Shown: positions 12,601-30,844, counted from the whole stretch's first letter. The stretch is DNA of 63,014 bases, filler included, from Choristocarpus tenellus KU-1152 (GCA_964200185.2; 6 parts of 6 records of this genome joined end to end with filler, not necessarily neighbours in it), one strand, 5' to 3'. Made by a program: numbers and translations. The notes: generated by a model from the letters alone, not told the origin.

Positions 12601-15600
12601 CATTTGTTGGGAGGGCATTCCTTATCCCCTGAGATTGTTGGCTTGATTTCTGTAAGTTACAACCGTGTTTCCCGGCACTTCTAGATGCTACTCATGCCTG
12701 TACCTCTGAATACTCAAGTGGATGGACTATGCAAGATCCCAGATCCCACCCAGATACACTTGCTTAGTGGACATTGTGCTGAAACCGGTGACCTGTCTTA
12801 GCAATACACTGCCAAATCAAAATCAAGAATAACTGCATGGTAGGCTTTTTATGTTTGTTCTTAAAAGTATATACGACCTGTGCAGTAAAAAATAACCCCT
12901 TCTCATCTTGGGACAATGCCACATTCTAGTGTTAGGGTTTGTACCCACAGATTTGCCCAGTCTCACTCTTGATTCTGCTTGTTCTTTGTACCACGTTGAG
13001 GGCAGCTGTTATGATGCCAGGATATTTTCACTGTGATGGAAAGATATTGGTTCCATGCTCATAGATTTATCCAGACATTTATTCTTCACAAGAGGACCAC
13101 CTGCGAATATGACTTTTGGATTTTGTCCTGATATAGTCAGGAATCAATTCTGAAAATGGTTTATGAAAAGAAATGCAACCAGTGTGTCATTAAAAACTGT
13201 ACAAACTGTAGTGCTATAATACAGTGTTCACTTTCTTGACCAAAATTAAGGGGTTTTATTAGAGTTAACTTTGTTGGAATAATAGATTAGTTTTGAGATT
13301 AGTTAGCAATCAATGCCACAGATAGTCCTCTTCAGTCGAACAACCTAAGAAGGCAAACAGCAACTATAGGACAGGGACCTAATAACGTGTGCCAATGGTG
13401 GACAAGTCACTCCATATAGCATAGGATAGTATTGTATAGGAAAGGAACATATGCCATACTGTACTTGTGAGTTTTCTGACTGTGGAGTCAATCATGCGGT
13501 AATGTCACAAAGATCTTGACCTTACTTATTCAGACCTTACGTATTCAGACTGAAGGGGACACTCAAAATGAGCATTGTGTTTCTTGCTTACTCATTAATG
13601 GTCATGCATTTGGTACACTTCCTGCTTGACCTATATTTTATATATTTTATACCCCAACAGTTACAAGCAGCAATGGTTACTGTAGCTACAACAACCATTA
13701 TCCTGGACAGAATGCTTGGATGAGTCCATGTGTCAACAATGCCTATGTTCAGGACAAAGCTCATCACCATTTGGTGTACAACAACCATCATTCATCATCA
13801 ACCATCCACATGAATGCATTTACCGTCCAATATCTTGATACCTTAGTACCTTGGTATCTTTGTATCTTTATTAGTATGTTGTGTATAATGCTGAAATGTT
13901 GAGTTCAATATATGAGCAATGTGTTGTCTGGTGTGTAGAAATTTGCATGGCGCTTGAAGGTACAGGTTTGTGTGTTTAAAGATACGTTTTTTGACATAAA
14001 TGCTGTAAGTTTGTAGTCTAATATGGCCCTGGAGCTTGCATGCCATGACATGCTGAACTACAACCTGTTCAGTAGTTATTGCATGAAATTTGGCACCTAC
14101 AATGTAAACATGGACAGTCATTGAACTAGCAATCAGGTGCTTCAGTGGCCACGCCTTGAGTAAAGAATGAAGTAGGCATTATTGAAAGTATACCGCCTGA
14201 GAAAGTATTGTGTTCCTCAATGATTTCAAGGTTCCAGCTACCTCTTTGGCAGAGGTGTTATTGCCTATAGTCCATTTCTTAAATGGAAGAGTGCTTCTGA
14301 TTTTTTCATATGTGACATTCATTGCAGAATTTCTTTTACGTAAAGGTTCGGTAAGTTTTATCATGACATCATATGAGATATGTATGTTACAGTTCTTGTG
14401 TAGCACCAGGTACGCTTATGCACAGTGACTGATTCTTGATTCCTGTACTGTGCTACATGTCTGTAATGTATGCACAGTATGCATAAAACGTTTTATGGTG
14501 TTCTAACAAGCATGCCCAGATGTGAGAGTCTTTCCTTCTGATATTTGTTCATATCTTGGTGCGTTGGACAGGTGAGCTTGGATACTCTAAGGCCTGATCG
14601 GTTTGCTGCTATCACAAGGAGGAAAGGCCTTGATGCTGTACATGCATCACTCCAAGAAGCACTGCAACAGGGCTATGGTGGAAGGTGCATCTCTCTAGGC
14701 CTATTGGAAATGCACCTACACCAGTTTTTGCTAGGTCCTTGAGTTGTTTGTATGGGGACAAACCTTTTTTGTAACCTACTTTTTTCTAATTTTTATGTCA
14801 CTTTGGCCACAGGCTCAAGATCAACTGTGTGGTGATGCGAGGAGTGAACAGCGACGAGATTGCACATTTTTTGGAGTTTACAAGGGATAAGGAGCTGGAT
14901 GTTCGATTCATTGAGTGGATGCCCTTTGATGACAATCGCTGGAATGATGACAAATTTGTGTCATATGAGGTACACCTGCATTTGGCATATTGGGGATGAT
15001 GATGACGGAGGAATATATGGTGCTGTACAAGCTTGAAATGTTTGAAATGTTACGCGATTTGTGATGCCAATATGTTTTTTATTTTATGAATGCTGCATAG
15101 TAGATGAGTGGTGCATACTTACAATGCATTCAGGATTCAGAAAGATTTTTAAGTTTTTATGTACTTCATATGCTTGCATCATTTCCATCACATTTTATAT
15201 GTTACAACCCTGAAACAGCTGCCTACCAAGAGTAACTACTAAAAAATCATAATTTCAATTTTGATCCGGGTTGGTGTATCCCTGAGGTGATTCTGTGGCA
15301 CACAACTGGCATCCTCTGGCACCTACCCTGCTTGCCTGTGACATGACTTTTACAGCATGCCGTATGCTCACTGAACTATTATTGATAGGCCATGCTAGAG
15401 ATAATCAAGGAGCAATATCCAGATTTACAAAGATCTCCTGACTCTGCCAATGATACTACAAAATGGCATCGGGTTCCAGGGTACCAAGGAAGGTGATAGG
15501 TGGAATCCATTCCAGTTTCTTTGTCTTTGATCAGAGAAACTCCTAAGTACTACATAGTGGTCAAGGACATAAGAGACTCTGTGTCAGGGATTTGTGCCAA

Positions 15601-17963
15601 CCCACGTTGGAGTATGCTACGCTTTAAGTGTTTGAATAGTAATAATGCCTATTTTCATCAACAGTTTTGGAAGTCTTCTATATGCTTTCTATGATTAGAA
15701 ATTTTCCTCATGTTCACTAGCATGTAGCAGGACTGCTAGTGTTGCTAAGGTTATTCTGCTTAGACTATGTCAGGAGAGTGTTTCCTATAGTGCACCCTTC
15801 TTTTTTCAACTGTGATGTTGAACACATAAAAGGGTGGACGTTGCACTAATTTTGCTCCAAGTTTTGCCTTAATCCATCTTCTTCTCCAGTTGTGTGTTTT
15901 GGTGTATACACATTGTCAAGCCTGAAGCATTTCAAAAAGCTAAAACATGAACCTTTGTCTGTAACAAACAGTACCCATTACGTGTGATCCATTATTGTAT
16001 AGTTTAAATCATTACTTTGGAATGAAATGTGGTTCATAGTGATCTTTTCCAGGCAAAGGAAACATACATGATGCTAACATTTGGTAAAGACTAAGGTTGA
16101 TGGCACAATTGATTTGGTTGCATGGTATCTAACTAATTGTAGTGTCTTCAAAATGAGGTATTAGTAGTCTTAATAATAGACCCACCCCCATGTTAGTGCA
16201 ATGTCCTTCAAATATTTTGTGCTATCACTGGTTTTGACCTTGGTAGGAGAAGAGATGCAGGCTTGCCAATATTCAAGATTGGAAATTGCATCTTCTTTGT
16301 GGGGGACCTTGCTTCTCAAGCACAATACATTCCTCGTGTTTACGGGATTCTGAACTCGGCTTAGATTGTCAAATACACCCAAGATTTATTGCTTCAACCC
16401 TTTGCCCAATTTGACAACAATATACTATAGACAGACTTTAGAGTTTTTTGTTTGTTCGTCAATATAGTCTCCAGATCTGTTGTAATAGAGGTTGTTGCTT
16501 GGATATAACACCTGACTAATCAGCTAACTCCAGGCTTCAAGGACTTAAATGTAACGGTTTGATTTTCATGACATTTACCCTGGGATTCACCATTTAGAAG
16601 TAGGATGGGATGTTATAGATACAAGTTTTCTTGTTCTGGATTGAACTCGACTCTCTAGTAAGCATAGTCAAGGAATGAACTTGAAAGCTTACACATGTTT
16701 TATCTGTTATCCAGGGTGGGATTTATCACCTCCATGAGCCAAAATTTCTGTGGAACATGTAACAGGCTGCGTATCACCTCCGATGGCAACCTCAAAGTCT
16801 GTCTTTTTGGAGATGAGAGTCTCAGCCTGCGGGATGCCATCAGGGGTGAGCAAAACTGGTCAAGATTGGTGGATTAGATTATCTGATGATAATGTTCTCA
16901 GCCTAGTTGTGAGGGTGCAATATATTAGTAAGGTCGTAACTAGGAATGGTAAGGTTGGAGATGTAAACCCTTGTCTCTTTACTCTTACTGTGTTCCACTT
17001 TTTGCAAGGATAGTAAGATAGAATGGCAGTTGCCCCCAATTTCTGCCGCCTCGAGTAGGGCCCCTCTCTTGCCTTGCAGTGCTGCACACCCACAGCTACC
17101 ACATGTTTGGCTACATCTTTTGCAATAGTTTGTGAACCAACCAGTGATTGAAAATCTGACTCACAAACCTTATAATGTCAATTCAAACTTTATTCAAGGT
17201 GCATTTTCAACCAAGAGTCGCATTAGAGATCGGGAAAGATTTAGGCATGTGGTTAAGTAGAACTTATGGTTGAATTTAGAAGGAAAAATTGATACTTTGG
17301 AGTATGTTTTGGGAAGGTCTTGCTTTGTCTGTGATTTGTACAATATACAATATATTCATTTACACCATACTATTTACTGACATTTTTGAGTTAGGAGAAT
17401 TTGCAGATCTACTCGAGTAGTTGATGCCCTGTCCCCCGTAAGAGTTAGGTTTATATCCTTGATTATGTCAAGAGTTTATTTCTCTGAGGTCTACTTCAAG
17501 TTATTGCTCTTGAATTCACGTACTGAAAGGAGCACATGTCAAGTTCTGAGTACATGACTTTCAAGTCTCAAAGTCTGTGACTGCACATTTGACATTTGGT
17601 GAATAATGAAAGGGAAAACAGAATCCCGATGATCTGTGGACGTCCTGCAACTGAACGTATGGAGTATCAACACAATCTATCCTTACTAGAACATGCCTTG
17701 GAATTTAATATAAGGCAAGTGTAGTGTGATATAATTTGTGAAATATGGGACAATTTTTTAGTAGCATTATGCAAATACCTTTATGGTCAACTGACTGTCC
17801 TATACTCTGCTCTTCACCTTTGTCAGGAGGCATGTCAGATGCAGAAACAAGCACGTTGATAAGGGCTGCTGTCCTCGGCAAGCAAGAAGTTCTAGGAGGT
17901 CATGGGGACATGTACAGCATTGCAAACACCAAAAACAGGCCAATGACCACCATAGGCGGATGA
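9681..17963 (+). CDS. CNX2: GTP 3',8-cyclase (molybdenum cofactor biosynthesis, MoaA/CNX2/MOCS1A), probably mitochondrial; exons 9681-9903, 10445-10625, 11726-11873, 12204-12347, 14572-14684, 14813-14969, 15389-15492, 16715-16845, 17827-17963
   Basis: Phase-consistent GT-AG splicing gives [27 protein letters not shown] (radical SAM CxxxCxxC), [62 protein letters not shown] (second Fe-S cluster) and the diagnostic C-terminal RPMTTIGG-stop. Exon 1 is less certain than the rest but joins exon 2 in phase. Confidence 0.95.
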
Positions 17964-20363
17964 TTTTGTGGGGAGGGCTAAGACTGTACCTTATGAAGTA
18001 GGTGGCAACTCTCACCTAACATCTATGTGTGATGATAGATAACTTACTTTTTTTTGCACCTGTTAGTCCACTCTTGTCAAACTGAGCTGCATCCTCTCAA
18101 CCATATCCTACATACTCTGGAAATAGATCATGTACCCTAGATTGTGGTGGGTAATTGTTGATACACCCTTTCCAGAGTTCTTATATTATCTTTCTCCTTT
18201 GCTATTTGGACCTGAAGGTGTATTGTAGTGTGGTAGTTCATTTCATTAAATGATCATGTTGCAGACCAAATTGGATTGACAATTTACTTGGCATTGGCTC
18301 TATTTGTCACCTGAAGTGAGGGATGTCTTCAGACTACTCTTGTGACAGCTATGGATTTGTCTTCCTTACTAATCAACACTATTCTTATTCCTCTAGGATT
18401 GAGTTCTCTATGTTACACAGTTTGCAAAGTGCTCAACAACAAAATGTCTGGGGGAACTCAGGGCAGCAGACTGAAATTTGCTATTGAGTCTGCGTCAAAC
18501 AAAATTGGGTTGCTTACTTGCTGAGCCGGCCTGCAGTCCTTCTCTGGTGACAATAGATCTAGGGTATGTATGTTAACACTACACAATATAGATTTACTGT
18601 GGGTGTGTACATCTATAACAATGTGGTTAGATGCACTCTGATCTGAAGGGTGATGTATCTGAACTCATCAACCTCTTTACCTATCCTTGGGTTTGGAGTT
18701 GAACTGTGTTCCTCAAGTCGCAAGTTGGGTCTCTTGGCATGTCCATGTGCTCTCTCAATCAAGTGAGGGATATTGGCCCGCATTTATAGATCTATGTGCT
18801 TCTCAAAGACACAACTTGACATATAAATGAGTTACCATACAGACTCAGAAACTCATGTATAAGTGGTGATAAATGCATCCTAGTATAATAGACTTGACAT
18901 TCTTCAGCAGAGTAGCATTGTAAAGATCGTCAATTCTTTTGGCAGAGGTTCAAATGAAAGACTCATCCTATTGTGAACAGTGAGATGGTGTGTTATATTC
19001 TGACATTAGAAAGTGAAGGAAGACCTCAGGAGGGAACACCTCTTTTGCTCTTCTCTGTGAATACATTGAAGCAATCAGAGTTTAATCTCTTTTATCAGAC
19101 CATGTGAAGGATCACATTTTTTCAGTGTAATGCAAAGGCTCCAGTGTGTAATTGGAGTGCTTAAGCTATTCAATTTTTTGTACTGTTTAGTTCAACATCT
19201 GCTGCTTAATTCCTTTTTTCCATTGGTTTCTCTTGCATCTCCTGTTGTAGCTTCTACCATTTGTGTCGTTCTTCAATGGCTTTCAGAGTCTATATATTGG
19301 AACAAGTACTCTAATTCCCAGGTGTTGGGTGTTAGTGGTGTTAGCCACCACTACTGTAAGGTGTTGGACACAACCGCATGTTATCAAAATTCCTGTGGTA
19401 CATGGGAGGGGTGTAAATGCTGTATGGTTTAGCAAATTGGAATCTATCACCAAAAACGATACATGTTTCTCAGCTGATGTTGAAGCACAGGCCTCACTCT
19501 AGGCACCATTTTGAAAGAAGCATGGTTTTGAATTTTCACGTATGATCATATATGCAAGGCAAACATCACGGATTTGAACAACCTACTGCACAAGGAGTTA
19601 GCAACAAAATATCAAAATATTCATGATTTAACTGTAGAACATGAGAAGCTGGGGGGCAAATAAAGTATTATGTAGAAAGGAAGTCCGATTTGTTGTGCAG
19701 TTCCACCAGTGAAGCAGACTTCCACAGCTGAAACTTGGGTCACATATAAAATCATTTCAATTCTATATTCAAACTGTTTTACCAGTTCTACTTCAATTCC
19801 ACATTGTTGGCAAGCATTGAACTTACCACACAGCTTCAGAATTTTTCTTAACGTCAGGGGACAAACATCTGGAAAATATAAACACAAAAACTCAATATTC
19901 CTGCTCGTGTTCTGCATATTCATGTATTCTAAACATAGTTGACATTCTATGGTTCAGGCAGCTCTGTGGTTGACAGGTATTAACCAGAAAATGCAGGACT
20001 GTATAGTAAGTCATTTTGTTTTATGCTGCAATGGAGTTAGTTGTGTTAGGATTTTTTTGAAAATATACACTTAACAGGGCAAACCTTGGCTGTCAAGAGA
20101 CACTGGCTCTAGGTTACTTGTTTTAATTAGTGTCAGGCATTGAGCAATATCACAGAAGAAAGGCATGACCATGGGGTGACAAAAACAGCCCTGAAACAAA
20201 GAGATAAGCAATAACATTGAAATCACCCTGTGCATTAACTTCAGTAAATATAAAACAGGTGTAACTGATGTTCCCCCTCAATGTGCTATTACGACTTTGA
20301 AAGGTGTGTAACCAAGAGTATGGCTCTGCAAACGTTCTTGTCCTTCCAAATAGATGCAAGGTA

Positions 20364-24226
<3,863 letters not shown>

Positions 24227-24515
24227 ATCTCGCTCTCCGTCCTATCTCCCTTGTGATACGATATACTCAATATATGATTGGTATCAATCACCATAGCACA
24301 ACTACTTTTTTAGATGAAAACAAATTATTGTGGTACTTCTCTTACATACTACGTATAAATAGTAGTATATTCTCATACGTAGTATATTTTAACTTCTGAC
24401 ATAGTGAACGAAGAGTTAATGTAAAAAAATGAAGTGCGTGTGATCGATGCTCATGTTTCCGAGTGGAATCCCCATCGTACTCATACACCCTTGCCCTCAT
24501 AACCCCAAATCGAAA
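24227..24515. promoter_or_regulatory. Putative bidirectional promoter between NKAP and SBPase
   Basis: Divergent ATGs 289 bp apart, AT-rich, with a central 11-bp inverted repeat. Confidence 0.6.
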
Positions 24516-27204
24516 ATGAAGTCTGCGTTTTTGGCTACGTCGCTCGCCCTGCTGGGTACGGCAGAATGCTTCATGATGAATCCTCCAATGGCTGGTGTAG
24601 CACGAGTGTCCGCTTCGGCTCGTCCTACATCTAAGTTCGTGCAGGGTCCGGTGTCCGTGGCCGCAAGGTCCTCCTTGAGGATGTCATCAGATTCGATGAA
24701 TGACGTGGATCAGCCCACTCTTGAGCAGGTATGTATTTTTCAGGAATTGCAAAGTAGTTGGGATAGAATACGTCGATATTGTTTTGTTAACTAAATCTTC
24801 CCTCCACACCAGTGGGTCGACTTTGCGGAGCCCAAGCTGCAGTCAACCCTGATAGCTATGTTCGCGGCGTGCAAGGAGATCGCGTACAAGATCCGCACCG
24901 CCTCTTGTGATAAGATGGCTTGTTTCAACGAGTTTGGCGATGAGCAGCTCGCTATCGATGTTCTCGCCAACAACGTTATCTTCGAGAACCTGAAGGCGTG
25001 CGGATGCTGTGCTACTGCGTCCTCAGAGGAGACCCCCGTCGAGGATCCGATGGGTGGTGAGGTGTGTCGGGACTCTGGTGGATAATTCCATGTTTCAGCT
25101 TGCCTATTGTGAGGTAGCTTTTCATTTTCTTCAAGTATATCCTCGTGCGATGTCCGCCAGTACGTTTTATTTGGAGAAACGGTGGATCCCATCTTCAGAT
25201 AGGTTGTGCCAATGCCTCGTAAGCCCTTGTCACGCAGCCCCTGCATTGAATTGGAGACTGTCCTGACAGTCTGACTCCTTTACTCCTCTATACTTTGTAA
25301 AGAATGTGTAGAGTGTCCTGTGCCAACTGCTAGGTAGGTTGGCGTCGTGTGAGGTACTTTCTGATCGGAAATGGAATGTCTACTCGACAGGGTTACTCTG
25401 TGGCGTTCGATCCTCTTGATGGATCATCCATCATCGACACGAACTTCGCTGTGGGTACCATTTTCGGTATCTGGCCCGGTGACAGGCTTGTGGGTATCAC
25501 TGGCAGGCAGCTTGCAGCTTCTGGAATGGCTGTCTACGGACCCCGGACAACAATGACTGTCTCAGGTGAGGCTGGGCAGAACAGAACACCTTCTTTCTTA
25601 TTCTACCCCTTGAGCGTTTTTTTTTGGAATATTTAACTTCACTTAGATCTGGGAGTAATGCTGGATATTTGTCAATGCAGAGTTGTCGAGCGATTTGGAC
25701 TTTCGCAGTGGTAGGTATCATTTTATGGTAAAAATGTTCTGCACAGAGTTTACACCGTATGGTTTAATAGTGGAATTCATTGTGCTACGAAGGAGAATTA
25801 AGAGTTGATTGTCCAGTGTATTCTCTCAACATGCCTTGGAAGGTAGAGTATGCTTTTTCATGTATGCGATGGATGAAAACTAGTTGATAGTGCGTGCCAA
25901 AATTGGGCTCAACTGTACCCCTTTTGTCCCTTAAGTTGACGGAATGGAGGGCTCGCACGAGTTCCTACTTATCGACGACTTTTCTGGTCGCCACGGTCAA
26001 TGGGTCAAGACCAATTCCTTCATGACGATTGAAGATGGCAAGCTCTTCGCTCCTGGAAACCTCCGTGGCACTCAGGTGAACTCAAGTTCTTCATCTCTCT
26101 CCTCTACTTTTGCCCTCAATATGAGTTAATTCTAAACACATAAAAAGGTACAGTAGTAAATGTCATGAACAAAGACTACAACAACAGTTCAATGTGATTG
26201 TTCTCCACAAACTGTTGGGTTCCCAGGACAACCCTGGTTATGATGCCTTGTTCAAGTACTACCTGGACAACAAGTACCAGCTGCGATACACAGGAGGAAT
26301 GGTGCCAGATGTCAACCAGGTACAGCTTTGCACAAGGAATCCTGCCGAAGTCCTCAAATTCTTGTGTAGGTACCTCCTTAAATTCCATGTCTTTCTCAGT
26401 TTCCCTGTCAGTTGAGTGTAAACATGTTTTGTGTAGGTTCCACCCTCACCAATTCTATCCATTTTGAGCAGATCATGGTCAAGGGCAAGGGCATCTTTGT
26501 GAACCCCGTCTCGCCGGCTGCCAAGGCCAAGCTTCGTGTGCTATATGAGGTAGCACCAATTGGTTACCTGATTGAAAAGGCTGGGGGAAAGTCTTCTGAT
26601 GGCGAGAACTCTGCTCTTGACATTGAAATCCCAACCACAGAGGTAGAGTGCCATGTAACTATATTACCTATATGTAACAATTGTTTTCCTGTTTGGTTTA
26701 ATAAGAATCAAGGCAGTTACCACAAACAGGCAAGCCTTGCGATTTGTTATAAAAGGTGGATGATGTCAGGGTTATGTTGTTCAACAGCATCTTCTTCTAT
26801 GCCCCTTCCTGATATATCCTTGAATAGTCACAGTAGAGTGCCCCACAAAAGTGTGCACACAACAAGCCCACTTTACAATTCATCCCCTCAATAGTGCTCA
26901 CAGGTGTTGAATGTTGAACCTTCCCTTTTTCCCAAATTTGTTACCCCCTGTTTGTGCCAATGTCAAACCCAGCACCTGTCGAACACTTTTGTCGTTTTTC
27001 ATATTTGCCTATGAAATTAACTATTACACCACGTTTACCTTTTGTGGCGCTTTAGTGTATTGATCTTAATGTATTGATCTTAATCACTGTGTTGTTGCAA
27101 CTCATTCACAGGTGCGGTCCCAGGTTGCGTACGGATCTGCTGGTGAAGTGGACCGCTTTGAGGAGATGGTTGGTGTAAAGGCCATCGCTGGGATGACTGC
27201 TTAA
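24516..27204 (+). CDS. SBPase: Plastid-targeted sedoheptulose-1,7-bisphosphatase; exons 24516-24728, 24813-25061, 25391-25565, 25936-26075, 26227-26319, 26472-26642, 27112-27204
   Basis: [73 protein letters not shown] and [10 protein letters not shown] match SBPase rather than FBPase. The N-terminus [18 protein letters not shown]|FMMN is a signal peptide with ASAF-type cleavage followed by a transit peptide. Confidence 0.94.
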
Positions 27205-28709
27205 GAGTGTATTTTCATGATCCTGCACCATGGATCACTTAGCCTTCCCTCCCCCACAATGTCCACCATCTGGCACCGTGCATCTCACAGCTTTTATATT
27301 TAGCAGGGTTTGTAGTGGGGGCCTGCTGCTTTTCAAAATGTGTGGATGATGGTATAGAGAAATGGTTAATAAAATATTAGTGTTTTGACTGATCATTGGT
27401 AAATCTCTCAAGTTGAATGGAGAGTCCGTCAGACAGATGATGGATTCTGATCAGTGGCAGTAAGACAAAACAAACCTTTTACTCTTGTGTGAGGTTTTAA
27501 GGCTAGAGGGGGCTTATCTTGGCTATCTTTTGTTGTTGATGAGAGGAGAAAGACTAGTTGAAAGATGATGTCTAGAGATTTTTGCAAACGCTTGAAAGTT
27601 GGTAGATGTTGCCATAATCCTCTGTGGCCCAAAGGGGTCATGTTCTCCTACAAATTTTGCTTGCAGGCAACACAATTCGAGGATTTGAGACAACATGCAG
27701 CCCTATCTTCATGTTTCTGTTTAAAGGTGGAGAAATAGAGTGATAAAACCGTGCCAATATTTTATGCGTTTGCAAGTCTACAAGAGGAAGGTGCAGGTAG
27801 GATTTCTCTTCACATTTCTGAAACCCTCTGTTCAGGGTCAGCCAGTTCAGCCTGCCTGTTTAAGTAAGATCAAGTTGAGGTACTCAACAACATAGCTTCC
27901 TACCTAACCCAGTCCAAAACACATCGACTAGCACCAGTGAAGTGAAGCTCATCTTTGTCAATATTGTTTCTATCTACCATCCAGATCACAAGTTTTTTTT
28001 GTTGAATCTACTATGATCTAAATATCATACATGATATTGTGGTATTAATTGTTTTGGCCTGTGTGTTTTTGGTAAGTGGTTTATGTTTGCTTTGACAGCA
28101 GAGTAGAAAAAAATGCACCAAAATTCCAAAATTTTGGAAAAACATGTGCTTGCTACACACACCTCTTTATGCAAAAACCTTTGAAATTACAATCAACTTG
28201 AGTGAATTTATCAACAAAAGTGGGATGGAAGACATGTCGTTCCAATATTCTGGAGAAAAAATAAGCCGTACTAAAAACTCATCCAGTGAAGGAAGGACAG
28301 AAGGAATGACAATTATATGTAGGGAGGCAAGGAAATTCATCTCATGAGAGACTCCTCTGTCATGCCTTTCTCTGCACTATGTAATGCCATTTATTTTTTT
28401 TTTGAACATATATTCTGCTGATTTTTTTGTTTTTGCTGGAGTGCCTAATATATACATATTATAAAATTATTTTTTTCATTTTTTTCTTTTGCAGTATGAA
28501 GGCACTTTATGGAAAGAGTACAATAGTGTGTGGGAAAAAAGAGACCTAGGGGGAACAAAAAATAAAGTAACATACAAAGAGGAGTCAATGACTTTCGTAC
28601 TGCATTGCAGCTACCACAGATGCATATACATGACACGATCATTTTTGGATTAGAATTAGAACGAACCACCTAAGATGTCAAGGTATGCATGTATGCCCCC
28701 AACCACTAT

Positions 28710-28809
28710 NNNNNNNNNNNNNNNNNNNNNNNNNNNNNNNNNNNNNNNNNNNNTTAATTAATTAANNNNNNNNNNNNNNNNNNNNNNNNNNNNNNNNNNN
28801 NNNNNNNNN
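28710..28809. other. Artificial contig spacer
   Basis: N44-TTAATTAATTAA-N44 (stops in all six frames). Confidence 0.98.
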
Positions 28810-29377
28810 CACCCCCCCTCCGCACCCCCCACTCTCCAAGCCTTCTACCTGCACAATAAAAAAAATAACAAACAATAAAAATATGAAAAAAAAGGTGTGG
28901 ACAAAAAAGAAAAACATGCCTGAAAAAAAAGAGAGAAAATCCTTCTGCACTAAAGAGTCGGCATCATTGTTCATGTACCCCTTAGTTTGCCGTTGGGGTG
29001 ATGAATCGACGTGGTCCAAAGTGGGCGTTTCCTTTAGTTGCTGTGGATGTTCAGCAAAACCCTAACCCTAACTGCCAGAAGGTGTAACTGTTGAAAGGAT
29101 GTAACAGTAGATATATTAAGGGTCTAAATGTAACTGCCACGAGGTTGAAGTGCAGGGAAGCAAACACCCAAACTAGATTACAATTTGGAGGGCAGCACAT
29201 GAACGATACGTTTTCAATACATGCACCATTCTACTGCAAGCCCACCGATAGGATGCCTGCATATATATATGCACCACAACTATAGTGAGCCAATAGGATG
29301 AATTACTTGACCTAAACTTATAAATTAAAAAATATGGCTTACTATTATCACTTACAACAAAAAATATATTTAAAGCA

Positions 29378-29665
29378 GAGTGAAAGTATCTTAGGGTTAG
29401 GGTATAAGTTTTGCCCTGTTCGTCCGTTTGGGGCTTGACTTCCAACTGGTTTTTTTTAGGACATTCTCCCTACTCCAACATGTTAGGTAGGTAAAATGTA
29501 TACATTATGGAGTACATATCATGTAAAAAACTATGAAAAGTTGTGTCCAGAACAAGGATATTGACACTTGCTAACAAACATGATAGCCAAAATTACATCA
29601 AGATCGCAACATTGGATTTTGGCCCCCTAACGGACACGACCTTACCCTCTAAGATACTTTGGCTC
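29378..29665 (-). mobile_element. MITE family B (~260-290 bp)
   Basis: TIRs GAGTGAAAGTATCTTAG / TACCCTCTAAGATACTTTGGCTC; flanks AGCA/AGAA. Confidence 0.88.
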
Positions 29666-30844
29666 AGAATTATTAACGTTGGAGTTCCGTGTCACTATGG
29701 TAACTTGTAAGGAGCCTGTTCTGGGAAATTTCCAGGAACGGACTTGGTGCCTGTGAAGTATTAATAGAGACACAGAGCAAGGTAACTGACCCGACCTGCT
29801 CCGTATGGATTTACGCCAACCTCCTATCTCCCTGTTCAAGTTCTTCAAAAAACGAGCCCTGGCCCTGACCTTAACCCTAACCCTAACCCGATAATAAAAA
29901 CTAAACTTAAAAAAAAGAGATTAAATCAATTGCAATTATAAAAAAAAAGGACCAGAGCATCTGGCAAGGGGGTTAAAAAAAAAAGTATCCTTCTTGAGGT
30001 TGAATATGCATGGTACACAAACACGCTGCCATCCGCTGTGACACCTGCTACCCACTCCTGAACATCACCTAACATCACCTCAATCTTGCAAGGCAACACA
30101 TCCACTCATCATAGCACTTCATCCAGAATCCCATTGAGCAAGTCTTGACTGTTTGTCCCCAGTACCCCCCCCCCCCCCCCCGTGAGATAATATCCTCCAT
30201 AACGCCCCTATTCTGGACCTCCGAGACCCTTACTTCTTCTATCGCCTCTTCCAGCGTGAAAACCCTCTCCCCCAGACTGCGAAGTCCGCTGGCTCCATCC
30301 AATGCTAGTGTGGCTACCTGATGTATCACGCCATGTAGAGGGATAGGAAAGGTGGTTGGGGAAGAGATTGAAATATCAGGTACAGAAGGTCATGAGCATG
30401 GTGAAGAAAAGCAGTGCCACAGGGGGAACAATCGAGCAGTATACGTTAGCAAGGTAAGCCTGGAGGAGGTACGTCTGATGGTTGAGACTCCCTATGAAAA
30501 AAAAAAAAACGCATTGAGTCAAGAAACGTCAATCACACCACTCCCATATAAAAATTTCTGCAGTAAAATTCTTTTTAAATTTGATTCGAAGATGTTTCGA
30601 AAGAAAAAAAAATTCGGAGCTGACTTTGAATAAGCAAGAGATACTTCAATTAAGATGCTCGACAGTAAAGGTCAAGCGTACCCTCTTTCTTGATGTAATT
30701 GGTATTAAGACATGAATAGTCCTACATAACAAGGACCTACAGAAGTGCTCAAATAGGGTTAGGGTTAGGGTTGCCAGACAATGTGCAATATAGGCTGGTA
30801 ATCTATATGGTTTACATGTGTTTAGTGACCACTACTATACAACA

